A stretch of DNA of 64,000 nucleotides from contig NC_043017.1 of the NCBI RefSeq assembly GCF_006345805.1, forward strand, positions 7,006,001 to 7,070,000, read 5' to 3'. Source of the DNA: Octopus sinensis. Its lineage: Eukaryota. The position numbers and the translations under genes are program-made. This document shows, piece after piece, positions 1-13,127 of this stretch (position 1 is the first letter of the stretch; each line of letters begins with the position of its first letter). The notes beneath the pieces were generated by a model that saw only the letters and a program-made list of their open reading frames with translations, was not told the origin of the DNA and did no database searches.

Positions 1-134
1 TAATACTTTTTTTTCACAGATTTCAGAAGTTGGAATAACATTGAACGATTTAAAATAATTAAATAATAATAATCTCATCCGCCGTGAAAATAGGAAAGAT
101 ATATATAAATATATATATATATATAATATATATA

Positions 135-174
<40 letters not shown>

Positions 175-733
175 ATTTTTCTTAATAAACTCAGCCATGT
201 TGCAAGTTGACCTAAATTGAAATAGCAATTGTTAGCATGGTTGTTTAAATCTTGCTATCTTTTTTTATTCTTATTCCTAGACAATCGGTAATTCGCGTGT
301 GTTTTTCTTTTTTAAATCTGTTCCTCCTTTCTCTCTTTCGTGTAATTAATTTTCTTGAAATACGTGATTTAATATATATATTTTTTTTTTTTTTTGTTAA
401 ATATAAACACACATAACGTAACAAATGACTAATGTATTCAAATGGACTGAATTTTCACTCGTTGCGAATGCTAAGCTCAACCAGGCAACTATGTACGGAA
501 TGCTAAAGAAGGCTAAAACAACAGGGCAAGAACTACAGATCTATTATGTTGCCGTGGAAGCTGTAGTCGGTGTCTTAATTCTGCTCTAACTGCAGCAGCA
601 GCGGTATCAAATTGAATATCATGTATATATTTATATATATATATATACATACAGCAAAATCTTGGCCGTCTTAGACATTTATTATTACTATTATTATTTT
701 CTCTGGGTTTTTTTTAGATGAAGTTCTACCTAC

Positions 734-880
734 CTTTGTATGAATGACTGTTTACTGAAGTGCAGCTAACTGGAATTGCTAGTAGTACTGTGTGTATTAT
801 ATAAACTGCTTCTTCCGGTGGTAGCAAAAGCCCAAAGAACTGGTAGTGTTTTGCTTAGCTCGTCAACCCACCCGCGACCC
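734..880 (-). promoter_or_regulatory. Candidate first exon/promoter of a minus-strand gene leaving the window to the left
   Basis: Minus-strand donor AAG|GTAGGT at 734/733 and an ETS-like CTTCCGG at ~810-817, in unique CpG-retaining sequence. Confidence 0.25.
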
Positions 881-1313
881 TCAATATCAATTCTTTTGTC
901 TTCTGTAATTTTTTTTTGTTTTTGTGTTGTTGGTTTTTTTTTTTCCTCATTTGCATTCTTTTTTTTTTTTTTCTTATTCCTTCCTTCTTTTCTTCCTTCT
1001 TTCTTTCCTTCCCACACCCCAACTAGTTTTATTCATTCCGAAGCCTTTTTTCTATCCTCGCGTCGGTGTCTGAATTTTCTCCCAGACATTTAAAAAAATA
1101 TTTATTTTTAACTTCTCACAAATAATACATTTAAACATAAAACTCCGACTTCTTTTCTCTTTTCTTTTTCTTTTTTCTTTTCTACTTCATTTTCGAAAGT
1201 AGTTTTTCAATAGTAGTCCAGTTAGTATTCATTTCAACTATGGTAATTAAAACAAAAATAAAATAAAACACAATAAAATAAAACAAGCGGAAAAAAAAAT
1301 AAAATGTATGCGA

Positions 1314-1354
<41 letters not shown>

Positions 1355-1420
1355 TATTACTATGACTATTATTATTATTATTACTATTATTATTATTATT
1401 ATTATTGTTATTACTATTAC

Positions 1421-1454
<34 letters not shown>

Positions 1455-1468
1455 GTTATTACTATTAC

Positions 1469-1517
<49 letters not shown>
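1314..1517. repeat. (ATT)n microsatellite
   Basis: Direct observation; it produces the poly-Y/I/L ORFs in the track. Confidence 0.98.
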
Positions 1518-2110
1518 TATATACTATGGTGTCGACAAGGAAACTAATTTTCAGACTTTCATATTAATGAGCAAAGTGACGACATTTTTAAAACAAAGAA
1601 AATTACTTTATTTTTTGTAGATGATTTTTTTTTTTCGTTATTAATCAGTTGAAAGGAAGGAGAGTTGATTAGTTAGTCCGTTTGGTTTATGTAATTATTT
1701 TAAATTTCCCAAACGAGTTTATTATTGCTAATAACTGTAAATTGGGGTTTGTGAAATTAACGCTTAATCCCATCCGCGGCCACCGCAACCATCAGTCAAT
1801 ATATATAGAAGGGCTTCATTAGTGAAATTAAGTGAAAGGAAGTTCGTTAAATAAATTAATTTCGCTAAATTCTGTTGTTAAATATAATGTTCTTTGGGGG
1901 TGCACAGCCTTAGGAAGAGGTGTGGTGGCGTTGATCCTTTTCCTCATAGGTGTATTTATTAGCGATATAATTGTAAAATTATTGTTTCGAAGCCGGCTTT
2001 CTCGCGTGAGACTCATTAATCAGATCGGAATTGTTTTACCCGGACATAAAACCATTAATTAATTGGAGAAATGATAAATATCTTACACAAGACTACTAAT
2101 TAATTCAGAT

Positions 2111-2363
2111 CAGTTGTTTTCAACTGGATTCCATATGGCCCCTCGGGGGGGGGGGGTCCCTATAAGATTTTGTTGTTAAGATTTATCTGCAATAAATCAG
2201 TTATACGTCTCCAATACACAGAATGTTTTTAATTTTTTTAATACAATTCCTAATATTTAATTATAAAAAATTACATCAATTAAAAAAAAAACGTCGAATG
2301 GGGCTAGGAGGGTCCAATAGAGTAAAATAGGTGAAAGAAAAAAAAAATGGTTAAGAAACATTG
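2111..2363. mobile_element. hAT-type MITE
   Basis: Termini CAGTTGTTTTCAAC...GTTAAGAAACATTG; degenerate 8-bp TSD attcagat/atttagag; related to the 40802-41139 element. Confidence 0.6.
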
Positions 2364-2706
2364 ATTTAGAGGCTGGGTTGTGTGATATCCCGTAACCTTA
2401 ATAAGGGCCAATGCCGCGGTGAATTTAACTAGAAACTGGCATCTAAGTGAGGATCGAACCCGGATTCGCCTTAACTTCTGCAACACACAAGTTTCATAAT
2501 AATAATAATAATAATTTCTCAACACGAGAGACTACCACACATTTATTTGGGGCGATAAGAAGAAAAATTGTTGTTGCTGGTGAATTAACAAAGAGCCCTC
2601 TCCCTGGTCGTTCAACATGCTGGAAATAGCAACTAAATCTCCCTCAAATTCTACAATAGCAACCGCACCTCACTATGCTGTCTTCACAAAAAAAAATATA
2701 TATATA

Positions 2707-3094
2707 GCCGCAGGAGTGGCTGTGTGGTAAGTAGCTTGCTAACCAACCACATGGTTCCGGGTTCAGTCCCACTGCGTGGCATCTTGGGCAAGTGCCCTCT
2801 GCTATAGCCCCGGGCCGACCAATGCCTTGTGAGTGGATTTGGTAGACGGAAACTGAAAGAAGCCTGTCGTATATATGTATATATATGTGTGTGTGTGTTT
2901 GTCCCCCTAGCATTGCTTGACAACCAATGCTGGTGTGTTTGCGTCCCCGTAACTTAGCGGTTCGGCAAAAAGAGACCGATAGAATAAGTACTGGGCTTAC
3001 AAAGAATAAGTCCCGGGGTCGATTTGCTCGACTAAATGCGGTGCTCCAGATTGGCCGCAGTCAACTGACTGAAACAAGTAAAAGAGTAAAGAGT
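2707..3094 (+). mobile_element. tRNA-derived SINE family A, full length
   Basis: A-box TGGCTGTGTGG and B-box-like GGTTCAGTCC, a CORE-like CTTGGGCAAGT motif, central TA/TG microsatellite and (GAGTAAAA)n tail. Near-identical copies at 62553-62969 and 54626-55015(-). Confidence 0.9.
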
Positions 3095-3829
3095 ATACAT
3101 ATTGGATTATGTAGTCGGGAGCACGTGTGTCTGACAGAAAAATGGATGGTCATAGGTTGAATATTTTAGGGGATTTTAAGTCTGCAGCTAGGGAAACAAG
3201 TATAATAATAGATTAGTGGTACTTTTGGAAAGACTACTTTTGTACCCCAACTTCCGTTAAAATTTAAAAAAAAGAAATATTACACATGGTGGAAAATTGT
3301 TTTCCTACCATATCTTATAATAATAATGACGAGAACATATTAAAAATTAAGAATTTCTATTAAGAAAAAAAGATTTCATTTCTGTATTATGTGTATTCAT
3401 GTCCCAAGGTTAGGCAAACTTCGTAGAGTGAGGTAATTTAAGACATGAATATACGTAATTTTACGGGGTGGGGGTCCAAAAGGAAGTCTTTCCGTACTTT
3501 TTTTTTTTTTTGTGTGGGAGAGGGAAATCTTTCGGTAAAAGTCTATGACGTCACAAGTGTGATAGTGTCTTTAATCTGCTCTGCAAAGCTTAACAAACAC
3601 AGATATGCACACGTCACTGACGTCATATATTAATACCGAAACATTGTCTTAACTTCGATGGACTGAAAAGCAAAGTTGACAGTGATAGAATTCGAACTTA
3701 TATGGTACGGGATCATAACTAAATTACTATAGGACTTTCCGTAAAGACCCGCTATACCGTATCTATCATCCCACAAGATGGTTTCTATCATCCCACACGT
3801 GGTTCCGTGTTCAATCCCACCGCGCGAGG

Positions 3830-4875
3830 ACGACACATAGATGATACATATGTATAGAGGACGATACATAGACGAGGGACAGTGAGGTTGAACGTGTAAA
3901 CAGCCAACAAACAACGATTAACAAAGAGATTAAACCAACAATATGCTTCCCTAACAGCGAGGAGTTCCACCGTAAGGTGACCAAAAAGACCTCACGCACT
4001 TTGGACCCCCTGACACCAAAGGCTCCTCAGGAAGGCACCCTCTCCTCTCCCTTCCATCCGGCCTACAGGCGCACGCTTAGCGTAGGCCCATTCACGTGGA
4101 TCATTCTTGTCATATTCACCCACCTTTCAACGAACTCATTTTTCTAGTGGAACCTGAAAAAATCAATGAGTCCTTGGCCAAAGAGGAAGGTCAGCACACA
4201 GCCTCTTTTGCCATACCCACCAGACAGAGGGAAATTGCCCTCTCTTCTCGATCAAAGGAAGGAGGCGGGGCGATCTTCACAATGGACTCGGACGATAGCC
4301 GGATCCGTCCTACACGTGACAATAACTGTTCGACAAAGCTCTACAAGTCAGCAATGCGTGACACTGTACGAGAGCATGCAGAACGGTTTCATCGCTCCGC
4401 ATGCATCTCGGACAAGCCCGACTGGCTTGCACACCTGTGCCTGTAGAGCTTATCTTGAACTGGCAGCGCCGTCCCGTAGCACTGCCAGGCCAGGGATGTC
4501 TGGAAGTTATCTATAGTTCCCGGCCCGAAAGTCCTCCGGAAGACACCGGGCAGTTGATTCCTCCTTCCTCACCCCGACGCCCAAGATCTCTCCAAGTACG
4601 TCGTCGCTCTTGCCCTCCACTAATCCTCTTTCCACCGACATTATATTGCCCGACTGGCCAAGAGCTGTGAGCGCTTGCAGACACTCTTGGTGCCAAGCAC
4701 CCTGCCTTGGTCTACGCCTGATCCACAGCTGTAGCTCCGTCAAGAAAACGAGATGCAGAAAATTGCTTTCTTCAAACGGCGACCACACCTGCTCACCGTT
4801 AAGATATCGCAGCCTCGGCGCATCCTCAACTACGACATGCTCAGTCCTCCACGCAACGGGTGCTGACAGCAAAAC
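3830..4875 (-). mobile_element. L1/Tx1-clade LINE 3' fragment (ORF2 C-terminus plus 3' UTR), frameshifted
   Basis: Minus strand reads DNFQTSLAWQCYGTALPVQDKLYRH / CPRCMRSDETVLHALVQC, the zf-RVT CCHC motif of L1/Tx1 ORF2. GC-rich relative to its flanks. Confidence 0.8.
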
Positions 4876-5047
4876 ACCTTAATAATATAATGATACTAGT
4901 ATTGGTTTCAAATTTTGGCACAAGCCACCAATTTGGGGAGTGGAGGTTAAGTCGATAACATTGACCCCTGTGCTCAGAACATAAAGACGAATGGAATGGT
5001 GCTAAGCATTTTGTCCGGCGTGCTAACAATCCTGCCAGCTTGCCACC

Positions 5048-5097
<50 letters not shown>

Positions 5098-5680
5098 CCT
5101 TTCTACTAAAGCAGTGGTTACTAACCTTTTCATTACCAAGGACCCCTTTTATTTAAATGAGTTTTCCCATGGACCCCAGGAAATTGAAAGGTCTGTCGGC
5201 TTAACATGTTCATGGACCCCCAGTACTACTTTTGCGGACCACCAAGGGTCCACGAACCATAGATTGGAAACCACTGTACGAAAGGCCCAGGCCTGAGATT
5301 TTGAGGAAGGAGACTAGTCGATTACATTGACCCTCGTTGCTTTATTTTATCAGCCCCGAAGGGATGAAAGGTAAAGTCGACCTCGGCGAAATTTGAACTC
5401 AAAACGTGAAGACGGATGAAATGCTACAAAGCATTTTGTCCGGCGTGCTAACAATCCTGCCAGCTTGCCACCTTAGTAATGATAATAATAAATCCTTTCT
5501 ACTAAAGGCCCAGGGCCTGAAATTTCGGGAAGGGCATTAGTCGACAACATCAACTCCAGTGCTCAACTGGTACTTATTTTATCGACCGCGAAAAAGGATG
5601 AAAGGCAAGGTCGCCCTCGGCGGAATTTGAACCCAGAACGTAAAGACAGACGAAATGCTGCTACGCATTTCGTCCGGCGG
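4875..5680 (-). mobile_element. Cluster of three SINE family B (MetaSINE-like) copies
   Basis: Repeated GGATGAAAGGCAAAGTCGACCTCGGCGGAATTTGAACTCAGAAC. The reverse complement contains GCCTTTCATCCTTTCGGGGTCGATAAA..AGTACCAG, which resembles the Meta domain. Confidence 0.8.
5112..5276. mobile_element. hAT/Charlie-like MITE nested in a SINE B copy
   Basis: TIRs CAGTGGTT...AACCACTG; 8-bp TSD tactaaag (5104-5111) / tacgaaag (5277-5284). Confidence 0.85.
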
Positions 5681-6244
5681 ATGATGATGATGATGGTGAT
5701 ATTTTTGTTGCTGCTTCCTCTGACCCAGGTCGGCCCTGACCGAGCTGACCTATGACCAAAGGCGAGTAGAGGTAAAGAATACGCACACCACCCGTTTTCG
5801 GCGTAACCCAAACCCTAACCCTAAACACCGGGTGTGCGTGTTCTTTATCTTCGCCCAAAGGCGCTCTATCCATGAATACATCCTTATTTTTTTTTCTCTC
5901 TTTCTTTCTTTTAATCTGTCTCGGGCTTACTTTGTCCTACTCGTCCTTCCCGCTAAAAATAACAAGGAAACTAGTCTCGATACCACACCCTACAATTTTT
6001 AAAAGTACAAATGGAATAGGGAGTGGGAGGAAAAGGGAGCGTGTGCAATGGAGACCTAGATTAATAAAGGCTGCGAAAAGAAGCGGGTACTTAAGGCTAT
6101 AAGAAGGCCTTATATCATAGCTTTTGCTCGATCAGGGCCTACCGACCTAGGGTTAAATAACAATCGAATTTAACCTTTAATTAGCATGAATAATAATAAT
6201 TATTATTATTTGTACACCACCATAACTATATTAGGGTGCAGCAT

Positions 6245-6447
6245 GCAAGTGTATGTATGTGTGTATGGTTGTGTTTGTATATATATATATATATATATGC
6301 ATGTGTATATATATATGTGTGTGTGTGTGTGTATGTGTAAATATATATATGTATATGTGTACATATGTATGCTTATGTGTTTGTATATATGTGTGCATGT
6401 GTCTATATAGACATACACACATATGTGTACGTGTATGTATATATATA

Positions 6448-6493
<46 letters not shown>

Positions 6494-6583
6494 GTATGTA
6501 TATATATGTGTGTGTGTGTGTATATATATCTATGTATGTATGTGTATATATATATATGCATGATCTATCTATCTATCTATCTA

Positions 6584-6621
<38 letters not shown>

Positions 6622-6880
6622 TACATAAGCATACGTTATACATATATATGCACACATACATTTATATATATATATATATATAAATTGTATGTGTGCATAT
6701 ATATGTATATATGCGTATGTATATATCCATATATATATATATATAATATATATATATGTATATATCATCTATATATATATATATCTATATATATATATAT
6801 ATATGTATATATGCATATATATATGTATATGTGCATATATATATATGTGTGTGTGTGTCTGTTAGTTATATATATATAAA
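6245..6880. repeat. Compound (TA)/(TG) microsatellite
   Basis: Direct observation. Confidence 0.97.
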
Positions 6881-7249
6881 TCAATTTGTGATTTTTCTCT
6901 TTTCAACTGAATTCTTAAAACTCCATTTTACAAGAGAATGGCTGTTTATTTCGTTATGGATTTGGGAAATGAGTCTTAATCATACAGATTAAGCTCTTAG
7001 CCATCACCCCTACGCCGCCTCCTTCCGTTAGGCGCCCAAAACTTAAGGACGACCTATATATTTTTAAATTAGGCTTTTTCTGTTTTCTTTCTTTCTCTTA
7101 GTAATATACAACTGTAACAACATGTAACTTAGTACACGAAACCTACATATATACCCCTATATATATATATATGGCGTTGGGAAGATGCTGCTTTGATGAT
7201 GATGATGATGATATATGTATATATGTGTATGTATGTGTATATATATAAA

Positions 7250-7250
7250 T

Positions 7251-7307
<57 letters not shown>

Positions 7308-7362
7308 CATAGATAGATAGATAGATAGATAGATAGACAGACATAGATAGATAGACAGACAT

Positions 7363-7413
<51 letters not shown>

Positions 7414-7702
7414 CAGACAGGCAGATAGATAGACAGACAGGCAGATAGGTAGATAGACAGACAAATAGAAAGATAGATAAATAGACAAATAGAAAGATAG
7501 ATGAATAGTCAGACAGACAGATAGATGAATAGTCAGACAGACAGATAGATAGATAAATAGACAGACAGATAGATTGAGAGAGAGAGACGGATAGATAGAT
7601 AGATAGGTAAATAGACAAATAGATAGATAGACAGAAAATAATTGATAGATAGAGAGATAGAAAAATAGATAGATAGACAGACAGATAGAGAGATAGATAG
7701 AT
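7250..7702. repeat. (GATA)/(GACA)n microsatellite
   Basis: Direct observation. Confidence 0.97.
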
Positions 7703-7835
7703 GTAAATTATCGCATGCTGTATAATTGTATCTAACTATAATGCGAATGTTTCTAACGCGAAAAGTACATTATATAGTTATGTAGGTACGCGTGCGTGAA
7801 TAATCGCGCACAGTCAAATGGTTTGTGCGCGCACG

Positions 7836-7867
<32 letters not shown>

Positions 7868-8459
7868 CACGCCGTATTATTGAAATAAATCGCCACGTGC
7901 GTTCAATGTCGGCATGGTTGAGACAAATATGTGTGTGTGTATTTGTATATATATATATATATATATATATGGATCTTTTCAAAAGATCCTATATATATAT
8001 ACACACATCTACACACATACATTATACACACGCACGCTTACATACATATATACATACATGTATGTATGTATATATGTAGGTGTGTGTGATAGTAAAGATC
8101 AAGTAAAGTGTAGATACTCGCACGCACACACCTATACGTGTCAATTGTAAGCCTTAAATTTTAAAATCCCCTTAATACATTTTGTAATTTTACTTAGAAA
8201 TACAATAACTTGTTTGTCTAAAGAGGAAAATAAAAACGAATTTTTTTTTAAATTATAAACTTTTTTTTATTCTTCTCTATAAAATGGAGGAAAAAATATT
8301 TAAAAGAAATAATGTTTGTAATATATAAATAAAGAAAATTTGCACTGCAAGATTAAAAAAAAAAGACTTTGTGTAGGGGGTTTTTTTCTCTCTTTTTTTA
8401 TTTTATTAAACTGAAGCTTTGTTATAAATAAACAAAGACTAGACTAAAAAGAGAGAAAG

Positions 8460-8890
8460 AGAAAACAGATAAAGACAGCTGCTTCCAAGTGACACCATTT
8501 GTTCTTAGGATGTAAGTCATGTGAAAGAGAGAGAGAGAGAGGAGATGTGCTGAAGTAAGTTGGCAAAGAAGTCAGGCATCTTTTCCCTCCAAGTGTGGCA
8601 TGTAAGCAAAAGGGAAGCGTTAAAAGAATGAAGCAAACAAGCTAGCTAGCTCTCTCGCTCGCTCTCATTCTCACTCCCATTATTTAAGTAGTCGTTGCAT
8701 GCCTGCTTTTTTAAAAAAGACGAACGAACGTTAAGCAAGCAAGCTGCACAAAGTCAGGCTTTACACGTTTCACTGCCATTACCGCAGCCATGTTGGATGG
8801 CGGCAGGGAAGAAGACAATTACAATGGCTTCTTCGCCTTCATTTTTGCGTTTGAAGAAAATGTCTTTTCCTTTTATTAAACTCGTATAGA
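8460..8890. promoter_or_regulatory. Promoter-like unique island
   Basis: Non-repetitive and CpG-retaining. YY1-like CAGCCATGTTG and GATGGCGGC at ~8785-8805; + strand donor-like GTAAGT at 8512 and 8556. Confidence 0.25.
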
Positions 8891-9329
8891 CTAAAATTGG
8901 TGTGTGTGGTTGTTTTTGTTGTATTTTTAACAGGGAGGAATTGAGAACTATGCTAGTCTTATGAATAAATATTTACACACACCCAAATTGTTCAGCGATC
9001 TTTATATTCATGTGCAATTGTATGTGTGTGTATGTATATATATATATATATACACACCATATGTGTGTGTGTGTGTACCATATATATATCTATGCGTGTG
9101 TGTACTACATGTATATATCAGTTTTATTCCTAGATAAAGACTTTTAGGTTAGGCTGTTGACCATTTAGATATGTACGTATGTTCCTTGTTCACACACATA
9201 CACGGATGTGTGTATACGCACACTCATTATTACTATTCACTCACGCTTATTACATATATATATATACATACACAAAAACTGCCAATCCCACTCTCATCGT
9301 CTTTCTACGTCTCTCTACCTTTCTTTCTA

Positions 9330-10557
9330 TCACCCCCTCTCTCTCTCTGCTTTATCTCTTTCTCCCTCTACTTTCTCTCTTTCTCTCTCTCTGCTTTATT
9401 TCTTTCTCCCTCTACCTACTCTCGCTTTCTCTCTCTCTCTCTGCTTTATTTCTTTCTCCGTCTACCTACTCTCGCTTTCTCTCTCTCTCTGCTTTATTTC
9501 TTTCTCCCTCTACCTACTCTCTCTTTCTCTCTCTCTGCTTTATCTCTTTCCCCCTCTACCTACTCTCGGTCTCTCTCCCTCTACCCACTCTCTCTTTCTG
9601 TCTCTCTCGCTCTACCTACTCTCTTTCTCTCTCCCTCTTGTTACTCTTTCTCTCTCTCTCTGCTTTATTTCTTTCTCCCTCTACCTACTCTCGCTTTCTC
9701 TCTCTCTCTGCTTTATTTCTTTCTCCGTCTACCTACTCTCGCTTTCTCTCTCTCTCTGCTTTATTTCTTTCTCCCTCTACCTACTCTCGCTTTCTCTCTC
9801 TCTCTCTGCTTTATTTCTTTCTCCCTCTACCTACTCTCGCTTTCTCTCTCTCTCTGCTTTATTTCTTTCTCCCTCTACCTACTCTCTCTTTCTCTTTCTC
9901 TCTGCTTTATTTCTTTCTCCCTCTACCTACTCTCTCTTTCTCTCTCTCTGCTTTATCTCTTTCTTCTCCTTTCTCCCTCCCTCTACCTACTCTCGTCTCT
10001 CTCCTCACTCTACCCATCTCTCTTTCTGTCTCTCTCGCTCTACCTACTCTCTTCTCTCTCCCTCTTGTTACTCTTTCTCTCTCCTGCTTTTATTTCTTCT
10101 CTCCCTCTACCTACTCTCGCTTTCTCTCTCTCTCTCTCCTGCTTTATTTTTCTCCGTCTACCTACTCTCGCTTTCTCTTCTCTCTGCTTTATTCTTTCTT
10201 CCTCTACCTACTCTCGCTTTCTCTCTCTCTGCTTTATTTCTTTCTCCTCTACCTACTCTCGCTTTCTCTCTCTCTCTCTGCTTTATTCTTTCTTTTCTCC
10301 CTCTACTACTCTCATTTCTCTCTCCCTTTTATTTCTCCCTTTCTCTCTGCTCTTTTCTCTTTCTTTTCTCTTTCTCTTCTACCTACTCTCTCTTTCTCTC
10401 TCTGATCTCTGCTTTATCTCTTCTTCTCTTGCCTCTATACTCTCTGTCTCTCTCCCTCTAAACCAACTATCTCTTTCTGTCTCTCTCGCTCTACCTACTC
10501 TCTTTCTCTCTCCCTCTTGTTACTCTTTCTCTCTCTCTCTGCTCCTTCTCTTTCTCT
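9330..10557. repeat. CT-rich minisatellite (~49-bp unit) forming a ~1.2-kb polypyrimidine tract
   Basis: Unit approximately CTCTCTCTCTGCTTTATTTCTTTCTCCCTCTACCTACTCTCGCTTT, repeated about 20 times. It explains the three ORFs over 400 aa. Confidence 0.95.
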
Positions 10558-10936
10558 AATTAAGTCCAATCGTGTTTCGCTTTCCTGAAAATTCTTTTTT
10601 CTTCTTCTTTTATTTGCGCTATTTTTATCAGCTAAAAAAATAATTATAGAACACACCAGGCTAAACTCTACACACAAGTTTATTACATACATTAATGTGC
10701 CACATAGCAAGGTGCCTCACCTCCATTCGATGTTTACTAACAAGAAATAAACCATGCATCATTATAAATAAATTTTACTGCGAGGATTCTTCAACATAAT
10801 GAGACACATTAGGATATTACAAGAACCAATTTGAAAGAGAAACAACTAATAGACCCATTATCTTTCTCTCTCTCTCTATCTATCTATCTAGCTCTACTCT
10901 TTTCTCTCTCTCTCTCTCTCTCGCTCATCTCTCTCT

Positions 10937-10996
<60 letters not shown>

Positions 10997-11553
10997 TTCT
11001 CTACTTATCTTTTTAGTGCCTGGTACATATTCTATCGATCTTTTTTGTCGAACCGCTATGATACAAAGACGTAAACTAGCCTACCGTGGTTATCGAGCAG
11101 TAGGGAGACTCACACACGCACACACATGTATGCGTCGGGTTTCCATACAGTTTCCGTCTACCGAATTCGCTCGGAAGGCATTGGGGTTGGTCCGGGGCTC
11201 TAGTAGAAGATACTTTGCCAAAGCTGCCACACAGTGGAACCGAACCCGAAACCACGTGGCTGCAAAGCCAGCTTCTTAACTACACACCTATGTCGACACA
11301 CACAGAGTTAGATATTTTTATACTAGGGTGGAACTGTTCTGTAAATATACTTTATCAAGGTTTGAATGTGTCATACAGTGGGTATGCTAAACAATAACTA
11401 TTTGTAACTATTTACATAGAAGTACCACCCGAGTACAAAATCCTCCAACAAACTTCAAATAAACACTCTGCCACAAATATATATATATATGATTCCTTCT
11501 CAATTTTTCGCATCTCCTCTCATTCAATTTTTAGTTCATTGTGATGTGTGGTT

Positions 11554-11610
11554 TGTGCCTGATGAATGTGTTTGAGGCATTTCTCAACATATGAAACTAT
11601 TAGCGGCATA
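11554..11610 (+). ncRNA. Degenerate type-I hammerhead ribozyme motif
   Basis: tgtgc-CTGATGA-atgtgtttgag/ctcaacatat-GAAA-cta/tag-CG-gcata. Stems I and II are intact; the cleavage triplet is mutated to GCG. Confidence 0.5.
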
Positions 11611-12348
11611 TAATAGCATGTATTGTGTCTATTGAATAATATTTATCTCTCACCAGATGGCGTGATTTTTTTTTTTTTTTGTTGATCTTACCATCACAAA
11701 ACAGTACATTATATATACGTGTGTATGTGTGTGTGTTTGCTTTATTTACTTTGAGTACAATGAATTCGCACACATACGATGGGCTTTCATGTGGTTTCTG
11801 TCTATCAAATCTGACTCAGAATGTATTGCTCGCTCTGAGGCTATAAGGCCATAAAAGGAAACACTTGCCGAAAGTGTGACAGTGGAAGCTAACTCCAAGC
11901 ACTCTATTGCAAAGCAAACTCCTTAACCACTTCTTAAAGGCCATCCATGCATCCATGTTAAAAAAAGGGCCTAGTACACTCTGTAAATTGGTTGGCATTA
12001 GGAAGGGCATCTGACTGTAGAAACAATGCCAAAATAAACATTGGATCTCAAGGCAGTCCTCCAGCTTATTGGGTCCTATCAAACCATCCAACCCCATACC
12101 AGCATGGAAGATGGATTGCTAAATGATGGTGACACTACTAGATTGAATGGTATTACCCAGGTGTTGAAACTATAATGATTATCTGTTAGGCAGCTGAAGA
12201 TGGGATGTATAACATACATGTTTGATACTCTTGTTGACTGTAAGCCTTGTGTACTCATGGTTCTAAGCTGTCCTTGATTAAAATTCTAGTTGCTGTAGGG
12301 TTAAACTTGTTTAGAATGTTTTTGACTCCTTTGTGTATGGTAGTTTTG

Positions 12349-12400
<52 letters not shown>

Positions 12401-12413
12401 TATAAATATATAT

Positions 12414-12626
12414 AGAGTTAATCCAAACATGAAAACACAAGAGAAAACGCAACATTGCGAGGACGTGGAACAAGTATAGTGTTATTGGATGCTCAGGAAA
12501 GGAAAGAAAGAAGGAGGATTTAAACATTTCGAGCAGAGCTCTTCGTCAGAAACATAGAAAAAGGAAAGGTCCAAGGAAGGGAAAACAGAGGGAAAAAAAT
12601 CACCAATGATACACACGCGTCACATA
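12414..12626 (-). mobile_element. Short hammerhead-bearing element family H1 (Penelope pseudo-LTR/retrozyme-like), copy 1
   Basis: Homologous to 15975-16131(-) and 47955-48165(+). Minus strand reads gttt-CTGACGA-a-gagc/gctc-GAAA-tgtt at 12518-12553. Flanked by (TA)n on both sides. Confidence 0.7.
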
Positions 12627-12630
12627 TTGA

Positions 12631-12661
<31 letters not shown>

Positions 12662-12807
12662 AAAATATATATATATATATATATATAATATATATATATA
12701 ATATATATATATATATTATATATTATACCATACATTGATATTGTGTGGTTGTCTTTCATTGGGATTCTAATTCTAGTAGAGTAATAGTTGTTTAGAGGTT
12801 TTCTAGT

Positions 12808-13127
12808 TGTGCCGGTGGCACATAAAAAGCACCATCCGAACGTGGCCGTTGCCAGCGCCGCCTTGGCTGGCTTCCGTGCCGGTGGCACCTTAAAAGCTCC
12901 AACCGATCGTGGCCGATGCTGGACCCCCCTGGCACCTGTGCAGGTGGCACGTAAAAAGCACCCACTACACTCGCGGAGTGGTTGGCGTTAGGAAGGGCAT
13001 CCAGCTGTAGAAACTCTGCCAGATCAGACTGGAGCCTGGTGCAGCCTTCTGGCTTCCCAGACACCGGTCAAACTGTCCAACCCGTGCTAGCGCGGAAAAC
13101 GGACGTTAAACGATGATGATGATGATG
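12808..13127 (+). mobile_element. Family D: 5'-truncated retroelement 3' end (probably RTE-type) with tandem ~60-bp units and a (GAT)n tail
   Basis: Core GTGGTTGGCGTTAGGAAGGGCATCCAGCTGTAGAAAC; tail CCGTCCAACCC..GGAAAACGGACGTTAAACGATGATG; at least 12 copies in the window. Confidence 0.8.

Noticed and set aside
4096-4882. GC-rich plus-strand ORFs as a host gene
   Set aside because: They are antisense shadows of the minus-strand Tx1/L1 ORF2 fragment.
5805-5825. Telomeric (CCCTAA)n tract
   Set aside because: Only about two units, too short to call an interstitial telomere.
9171-10559. Three overlapping ORFs of 408-462 aa
   Set aside because: All three frames are open only because the CT-rich minisatellite lacks stop codons; the products are low-complexity L/S/F.
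12808-12965. Family D unit array as a CRISPR-like array
   Set aside because: The variable parts are 6-11-nt hairpin loops within a retroelement tail, not unique spacers.
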